From Octopus sinensis (lineage: Eukaryota), in contig NW_021834940.1 of NCBI RefSeq assembly GCF_006345805.1, positions 1 to 44,264 on the forward strand: a stretch of 44,264 nt of DNA, given 5' to 3'. The translations under genes and the position numbers were made by a program. Of the stretch, positions 36,460-44,264 are shown in pieces. Below the pieces are notes generated by a model. That model saw only the letters and a program-made list of their open reading frames with translations. It did not search any database and was not told the DNA's origin. Every line of letters begins with the position of its first letter. Positions within the stretch are counted from its first letter, which is position 1.

Positions 36460-39098
36460 TTGACAAATGACAGTGACCTTCTCTTCGTGGCAGGTGATTT
36501 CAATGGACATGTTGGACGACATGTCGGGGGCTTCCATGGCGTCCATGGAGGCTACGGTTTTGGCTCTCGAAATGAGGAAGGAACCAGCCTGCTGGAGTTC
36601 TGCGATGCAAATGACCTTATGGTCTGCAATACCCACTTCAGGAAACCCACCTCTCACCTAGTCACCTACCGTTCTGGCAGACACACCAGCCAGATTGACT
36701 ACATCCTTGCCAGAAAAAGGGAAAGAGGGCTGATTATAAATACCAAAACCTTCCCAGGCGAAGAATGTACTCCCCAACATAGATTAGTAGTTAGCGACTT
36801 CAGGATCAGAGCTAAATGGTTGCCCAGAAGAAGACCAGGTTGGAGGAGAAGGGTCTGGAAGCTTAAAGATCCTGCAAATGGACAGAGATTTAGAGACATA
36901 CTACTCGAAGCCTCTGACGAAATAGAAGGGGATATAGCTTCACTTAATGTGGAAGACAACTGGAGATTCCTATGGGACAATCTGCTGACAGCCATTGACC
37001 AGATCTGTGGATGGAGCAAAATACCATCTCGACCCAGAGTAACATGGTGGTGGAACACTGTGGTTGACAGGGCTATTAGACAAAAGAGACAGGCTTGGAA
37101 GGACTGGAAGAACGGTGGTAGCAGGGAATTGTATCAGACAGCCAAAAGGGAAGCTAGGAGACAGGTTTATTTAGCCAGAGGGGAAGCGGATAAGAAAAAA
37201 TTTGCCAATGTTCTGAGCCGTGAGGATGAAAGACTTGAGGTATTTCGTGTTGCAAGACAGTGTGTGAGAGAGAATCGTGATGTGGTAGGAGAGAAGTGTG
37301 TTCGCATGGATGATGGTTCACTTGCGCTAAATGAGGATGCAAAGAGAGAGGTTTGGAGATGCCACTATGAAAGGTTGCTGAATAAAGAAAATGAATGGGA
37401 TAAAGAGAGTCTGCCGAATGTTGACCCAACAGAGGGACCAGCTATCCGAGTTGATAGTTCCGTGGTAGCTAAGGCAATTAGAAGCATGAAGACAGGGAAA
37501 GCCCCAGATCCATCAGGAATTACTGCAGAGATGCTCAAAATATCTGGCAGTGTCGGCTATAACCTAGTCACCCGTATAGTCAACCAGGTGATACACGAAG
37601 GAGTCATACCCAATGACTGGTGTAGCAGCATACTAGTCAACTGCTACAAAGGTAAAGGTGATGCCCTGGATACAAATAATTACAGAGGTATCAAGCTGTT
37701 GGATCAGGTAATGAAGGTTACGGAGAGGGTCATAGCCCAACTAATTAGAGAGAGAGTTAGTTTAGATGAGATGCAGTTTGGGTTTGTCCCAGGGAAAAGC
37801 ACCACTGATGCTATATTCCTGGTAAGGCAGCTGCAGGAGAAATACCTAGCCAAAGATAAGCCCCTGTACCTGGCTTTCGTTGACATGGAGAAAGCCTTTG
37901 ATAGGGTCCCCCGATCCCTCATCTGGTGGTCAATGAGGAGACTAGGGATAGATGAATGGCTGGTGAGGGCTGTGCAAGCCATGTACAGAGATGCCGTAAG
38001 TAAGGTTAGAGTTGGCAGCATGTACACAGAAGAATCAAGGTAGAGGTTGGGGTCCACCAGGGTCAGTACTCAGCCCCCTCCTATTTATCATAGTCCTCCA
38101 GGCAATTGTGGAGGAATTCAAGACAGGTTGCCCCTGGGAGCTCCTCTATGCTGACGACCTCGCTCTAATCGCTGAGTCACTATCAGAACTGGAGGAGAAG
38201 TTCCAGGTGTGGAAGGAGGGTTAGAATCGAGGGGCCTTAGAGTCAACCTAGCTAAAACCAAAGTACTAATAAGTAGAAAGTTAGAAAATCCACAAATATC
38301 CTCAGGAAGATGGCCCTGCTCGATCTGTAGAAAAGGTGTAGGTAGAAACTCTATAAGATGTACCCAGTGTAAGCTATGGACACATAAGAGGTGCAGCAAT
38401 GTCAAAGGTAGGCTAACTGGGAAGATAGTTTTTGTATGTGGCAGATGCTCTGGAGCATTGACCTCCGAAAATCTGCAGAAAACAACTTCCGTCACTTTCC
38501 GGGGGAAAAACTAGAAGTAGTTGATAGCTTCCGCTATCTAGGTGACCAAGTCAGTAGTGGGGGCGGGTGCGCTGAAAGTGTAACTGCTAGAATAAGAATA
38601 GCCTGGGCAAAGTTTAGGGAGCTCTTACCTCTGCTGGTGACTAAAGGCCTCTCGCTCAGAGTAAAAGGCAGACTGTATGATGCATGTGTACGAACAGCTA
38701 TGCTACATGGCAGTGAAACATGGGCCGTGACTGCTGAGGACATGCGTAAGCTTGTGAGGAACGAAGCCAGTATGCTCCGATGGATGTGTAATGTCAGTGT
38801 ACTTACTCGACAGAGCGTTAGTACCTTGAGAGAAATGTTGTACCTAAGAAGCATCAGTTGTTGTGTGCAAGAGAGACGATTGCGCTGGTATGGTCATGTG
38901 GCGAGAATGGATGAAGATAGGTGTGTGAGAAAGTGCCAATCCCTAGCAGTTGAGGGAACCCGTGGAAGAGGTAGACCCAGGAAAACCTGGGACGAAGTGG
39001 TGAAGCACGACCTTCGGACGTTAGGTCTCACCATGGAAATGACTAGAGACCGAGACCTATGGAAGTATGCTGTGCGTGAGAAGACCCGGCAAGACTAG
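36460..39098 (+). pseudogene. RTE ORF in four frameshifted pieces, with a PHD-like finger inside the RT
   Basis: ORFs 36460-38043, 38012-38224, 38209-38514 and 38436-39098. Confidence 0.85.
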
Positions 39099-39351
39099 TG
39101 AAGCCATAATCCGTGGCCCCTACCTGGGACGTAGTCAGTCCACCTGTGCATACCTTCCTTCTTGTGACACTTGTGAAGACCTGTTGAGGCAAGTGAGAAT
39201 CGAATCAAATCAAATCGAACCAAATCAAAATAGATGAACATCAATGGAATTTGTATCCTTGTGGTACCAGTGCCGGTGGCACATAAGAAAACCATTCGAA
39301 CGTGATCGTAGCCAGTACCGCAACGACTGGCCTCCGTGCTGAGGGCACATA

Positions 39352-39545
39352 ACAAACACCATCTGAGCGTGGCCGTCCGCCAGCCCCGTCTGGCACCTGT
39401 GTCGGTGACACATAGAAAACACCATCCGAGCGTGGCCGTCAGCCAGCCTCGTCTGGCACCTGTGTCGGTGGCACATAAAAAACACCATCCGAGCGTGGCC
39501 GTCTGCCAGCCTCGTCTGGCACCTGTGTCGGTGGCACATAAAATC
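39352..39545 (+). repeat. Three ~62-bp tandem repeats in the RTE 3' UTR
   Basis: aaacaccatccgagcgtggccgtc...ggcacctgtgtcggtggcacata x3. Confidence 0.9.
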
Positions 39546-39703
39546 ACCCACTACACTCTCGGAGTGGTTGGCGTTAGGAAGGGCATCCAGCTGTAGAAAC
39601 ACTGCCAGATCTGACTGGCCTGGTGCAGCCTTCGGGCTTGCCAGACCCCAGTTGAACCGTCCAACCCATGCTAGCATGGAAAGCGGACGTTAAACGATGA
39701 TGA

Positions 39704-40430
39704 AATAAATAAATATATATTATAAATATATAAATATATATTATAAATATATATATAACATAATAAATATATATTTCCATTTCTTTTTTTTTTTTCTTTG
39801 CTTAAAACTCTGAAACCTCCTGGCGTGTTTTCCTCAGCTGGTTATTATTTTTTTCTTATTATTATTATTAGAAGTATAGTCGCAATTAGTTTTATTATAG
39901 AAGAATTTGTCTGTTGCGACGGACAAATATATATATTTCCATTTCTCTTTTCCTCTGCTTAGATATATATGTTGTGTATATATATGTTAATGTTCATATA
40001 TATGTATGTGTATATATTATATGTATATGTATAAACTCTAAAATCTTTTGGCTTGTTTTCTTTCAGCTGTTTTATTATTATTTATTAATATTATTATTAT
40101 TATTATTTTATTTTATTATCTATTATTATTATCACTTGTTAAATATATATGTGTGTATACATATATATGTATATGTGTTATATATATATGTGTGTGTGTA
40201 TATACTATATATATATATAAACTCTGTAAAATCTCCTGGCCTGTTTTCTTTCAGCTGTTTTATTATTATTATTATTTTATTATTTCTTACTATTATTACT
40301 TTTGTTTATATATGTTTTTTTATTATTATTATTGTTTCTTTTTATACTCACTTGTTACTCTTGTCTATATATGTGCATGTGCACACGTGTATACATGTGT
40401 GTATGTGTGTGTGTGTGTATACATGTGTAT
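39704..40430. repeat. AT-rich low-complexity region with three degenerate copies of a ~45-bp motif
   Basis: aactct..aaa.ct..tggc.tgttttc.t.cagctg near 39806, 40035 and 40219, each followed by (TTA)n. Confidence 0.7.
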
Positions 40431-40431
40431 G

Positions 40432-40730
40432 TCCCAATAGCTTCGTTTAGAATTCTGTCTGTCTCTTCAGTTCTCTCCCTTACGCTACTCTGTCTGTCTC
40501 TTCAGTTCTCTCCCTTACGCTTCTCTGTCTGTCTCTTCAGTTCTTTCCCTTACGCCCCTCCTTGGCCCAATAGCTTCGTTTAGAATTCTGTCTGTCTCTT
40601 CAGATCTCTCCCTTACGCTTCTCTGTCTGTCTCTTCAGTTCTCTCCCTTACGCTTCTCTGTCTGTCTCTTCAGTTCTCTCCCTTACGCTTCTCTGTCTGT
40701 CTCTTCAGTTCTCTCCTTACGCCTCTCCTT
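40432..40730. repeat. ~35-bp pyrimidine-rich tandem repeat upstream of family 1 copy 2
   Basis: gcttctctgtctgtctcttcagttctctcccttac about 7 times, with a larger duplication starting cccaatagcttcgtttagaa at 40432 and 40566. Confidence 0.9.
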
Positions 40731-40849
40731 GTCGCTTCTACCTACTTTCCTCTCTCAGCTCTCAATCTCTCTCTGAGGCATAGACGCTTTCTCTATCTTC
40801 CTTCAGCTCTCAGTCTCTCCTCTCCTCTTCTCTCTTGCTCTCTTCTCTT

Positions 40850-41190
40850 GGCTCCCAATCTCTCCTTAAGTACATAGACGCTCTCTTCTCTATTACCCCT
40901 ACCCCCCTATTGCACTATGGATAATATAAATTAATATAATTAGATAGATAGATAGATAAAATATCAAGAATGTCCAGAGCCTGGAAACGTGATGAACTGG
41001 CGTGGTTCTTACTCTCGGCTCCCAATTTCTCCTTAAGTACATAGACGCTCTCTTTCTCTACTTCCTCCCAACCCCCTATTGCACTATTAGATTAATATAA
41101 ATTAATATAATATAATTAGATAGACAGATAGATAGATAAAATATCAAGAATGTCCAGAACCTGGAAACGTGACGAACTGGCGTGGTTCCT
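40850..41190 (+). repeat. Imperfect ~170-180-bp tandem duplication spanning the ORF1 start
   Basis: aagaATGtccaga..ctggaaacgtga.gaactggcgtggttc at ATG 40970 and ATG 41150. Confidence 0.88.
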
Positions 41191-42041
41191 GCAAGGGTGG
41201 CAATGCGCTGACGAGAAAATCCAAATAATATAATTACGGCTGCGCTGAAGAACAACGGATACAAAAGGACGTCAGCTCAAATAGAGCGGAAGAAGCAAGA
41301 ATTTATACGCTCCTACGCACTTGTCAGATCGCACATTAACACGCTGGATGCCATTTTTGACAGCGAAAAACGCGAACAAAGTAAGATGGCAAGGATAGAG
41401 ACGCGGGGGCGCTGATGAGGAGGGTCACCCCCACCTGGTAGATGCCCAGGAAGAAAAAACTCCAGCGAGAGGCCTGTCCGGGAGATGAACCCAGGTGCGG
41501 ATGCTCCTACCGGCACCAAAAGCCATGGACATGGAGATGAAGAAGCCAAAAAAAAAGGAAAAAACTGAAGCTAAAACTCAGACAAAGCCAAGGGGCAAGG
41601 CAGCCAGGGATAGAGGCAAACCTAACTATCCATATGCCAAAAAGGATGGAAACAAGCAGCGCACACGGGTATGTAGGTTCTACCTGAAAGGTGTGCTGCC
41701 GGCATGGAGAAGAAGGTGCAGGCTGCCGCTTTGCACACCGGGACCCTGCCACAGAAACCAACCACCGAAAGGAAATGGGATGGACCACGCATCACCTGCC
41801 CCAAAACGGAGGTACGCAGATGTGGTGCGTACCACAAACCACCAACGTGTTGTTGAAAGGGCAGCTGCTGAGCAGGAATCTTTTTTGTGCATGGCACAAA
41901 AGATTGTACAGCAGCTAACCTGGCTCCATCAGGCTCAGGCTCGCAGATGGAACTGCCCACGGTTCACAAGACCGCCACAGCAGATGGACCCAGGGTGGAC
42001 ACGCGGCAACAGCATACACCTCACCTCGATGCTCCTACTGA
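41150..42041 (+). pseudogene. Family 1 ORF1 of copy 2 (Myb/SANT-like plus CCCH), frameshifted
   Basis: MSRTWKRDELAWFLQGWQCAD, frameshift near 41216, then NPNNIITAALKNNGYKRTSAQIERKKQEFIRSYALVRSHI. CCCH at 41672-41738. Confidence 0.75.
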
Positions 42042-44191
42042 ACATCAGAGGACTACTAACACACAGTAACAGGACAAAAGTCCCGTTCCTGAGAGACTTT
42101 GTCGCATGCAATCAAGCCTTATGCATAGCACTCACAGAAACGCATCTGAAACCGGACATAGCAGATGCGGAGTTACACATACCACAGTATGTTGTACTGG
42201 ACGACAGGAAAGAAAGGAGTCATGGAGGAGTTGCTATGTACATCCGTGGGGACCTCACACCCCAGGTCCTTTTGTCATACTCAAACTCGGTGTGTGACAC
42301 ACTAATTGTACACATAAGGCAACTTGATGTAGTTGTGTGTGCTACATATCGCCCTCCAGATGCCCCAAGTCATATGGGCAAGTTTGAGGACTGCCTTTTA
42401 AAAATAGAAGAAGTTCTAACCACATTAGAACAACACATAAGTGTACTTCTCATGGGAGACTTCAATCTACCGAATGTCAGATGGCCCGAGGGCCTTTCTC
42501 TCCCAGGAATGACAAGATGTGAACGAGGACAGGCGAGGTCCCTCCTGAACCTCATCAACACCCTGTACATGGAGCAAGTAATACTCAACAACCAAAGCAG
42601 GTAACACACTGTATCTCTGCTTCACAAATAATATGGATCTCATCCATAATGTGAAAGTGACACCGACACTACTCTCGGATCACAACATGGTAGAGAGCCA
42701 TGTACGGGCCAAAAGAGAGCACGGACATGCAGCCTACAAGAAACCCTCAGAATCTTTCCAGCTTGAACTACCATAAGGCAAACTGGAACAAATTGAGAAA
42801 GAGATCCTCAAACAAAACTGGCCTGAATGTCTCTCCTCGCCGGACATCGACATGATACTTCAACAATTCATGTCTGTAATGCAAGCCATATGCTACAAAT
42901 GTGTCCCAGAGAGAAGGCCACTGTACACAAGAACAAAATCCCCAGAGAGAGGAAAATTTTAATGAGACGGCGTACAAAAATTTCAAATCGCCTAAACAAA
43001 CAAATTGAAAGCAGTGAAAAGTCCCGCCTGAAAATAAAACTGTTGGAAATTGAAAATTGTCTGCAACTCTCCCATGAGAAGGAAAGAGCAGACAAAGAAG
43101 CCTGGGCTATAGACAACATACGAACTAACCCCAGAGCTTTCTACAGGTATGCCAAAGAAACAGCTACGGTGCACTGTAGGAAAGGGCCACTCCTTGAAAA
43201 GGATGGCACACTCACAGGAAAACCAATGAGGGTAAGTGAAATACTGAATGAACAATTCAAGAGTGTTTTCACTCCACCCCTTGGGCATTTCCAAATCAGC
43301 AATCCAACTGACTTCATTACCACTGCAGATATAGAATCAGAGGCGGCGACGATAAATTACATCGATATAAAGGAAGACGATGTAATAAAGGCTATAGATG
43401 AAATGAAAACAGACTCAGCTATTGGCCCCGATGGATTCCCGGCAATCCTCCTAAAAGTATGTAAGAGAGTCTTAGCAAGACCACTGCAGTTCCTCTTTCA
43501 GAGCTTCCTTGCAGCTGGCAAACTTCCAAGAAAACTGAAGGAAGGTAAGGCCAAGAACTACAGACCTATCTCTCTGACCTCACACATCAGCAAGGTCATG
43601 GAACGAATAGTCAGAAGGAAACTAATCACCTTCCTTGAAGAAAATAACTTGCTGCCTGACACCCAACATGGTTTCCGACCAGGAAGAAGCTGCTTAACTC
43701 AGCTCCTGCAGCACTATGACTGGGTGCTGAAACAACTGCTCAACCACTCAAATGTGGAAGTCATATATCTCGACTTCGCAAAGGCCTTCGATAAAGTCGA
43801 TCATGGAATGATATGTCACAAACTGCGTGATCTTGGCATAGTTGGAAAACTAGGAGAATGGCTTCACGACTTTCTGAAGAATAGAAGTCAGGTGGTAGTA
43901 GCCAATGGGGCCACTTCCATTAGCACGCAAATAGTGAGCGGTGTTCCACAGGGCACTGTTTTGGGACCACTACTGTTCATAATGGCACTCTCAGACATGC
44001 CCTCAGCCACGCGGAGAGCCACGATCACAAGTTATGCAGATGATACAAAAGTTTCACAGGCAATACAGAACCCTGAAGACACTAAGCACCTGCAATATGA
44101 GCTGGACGATATATACAAGTGGGCTGAAAAGAATAGCATGCAGTTCAATGCTGAAAAGTTTCAAGCTTTTACTATCAGCATGCAAAACTGA
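42029..44191 (+). pseudogene. Family 1 ORF2 of copy 2, frameshifted, with a 12-aa deletion in the RT
   Basis: MLLLNIRG...; YADD present; ICPIHKGGSRAE missing near 43547. Confidence 0.85.
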
Positions 44192-44264
44192 ATGCAATAC
44201 CCAAAGAATACACTGGACCCGGAGGGATTGCAATCCCAGAGGCACAATCAGTGCGTGACCTGGG

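Larger units (their letters stand above)
36296..39703 (+). mobile_element. RTE-clade LINE, 5'-truncated, with a (GAT)n tail
   Basis: AGDFNGHVG, IDYIL and QHRLVV (APE). GVHQG-like region, YADD and FRYLG (RT). C-terminal RGRGRPRKTW. 3' palindrome ccatgctagcatgg (39666-39679). Confidence 0.92.
41110..44264 (+). mobile_element. CR1-group LINE, family 1, copy 2, runs off the right edge
   Basis: ORF2 is highly similar to 15912-18900; ORF1 is homologous but much more diverged. Confidence 0.9.

Overview
Eukaryotic, repeat-saturated DNA with no host gene I can support. The organism is most likely an octopus or other coleoid cephalopod. That is an inference from recalling the SINE and RTE families and from the long (TA)n tracts; I did not run a search. 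Contents from left to right: (1) the 5' part of an RTE LINE; (2) a 162-bp monomer array; (3) a head-to-tail pair of apparently full-length Tx1/L1-group LINEs, followed by a short second copy of the 162-bp cassette; (4) a CR1-group LINE whose ORF1 combines a Myb/SANT-like (trihelix) domain with a CCCH zinc finger, with a second, diverged copy at the right end; (5) a second CR1-group family; (6) a tRNA-derived SINE; (7) a ~555-bp satellite of about 12 units ending in an inverted segment; (8) an RTE LINE with a PHD-like finger inside its RT. Roughly 13% of the window is (TA)n-type microsatellite. Many frameshifts are single-base indels in homopolymers and may be long-read errors. Best leads: the Tx1 pair sits at a repeated 15-bp site that reads as an Initiator exactly 30 bp downstream of an external TATA box; the Myb+CCCH ORF1; and a 3' hairpin with compensatory base changes shared by two LINE families and the SINE. 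Coordinates and identities were counted by eye and may be off by a few bases.
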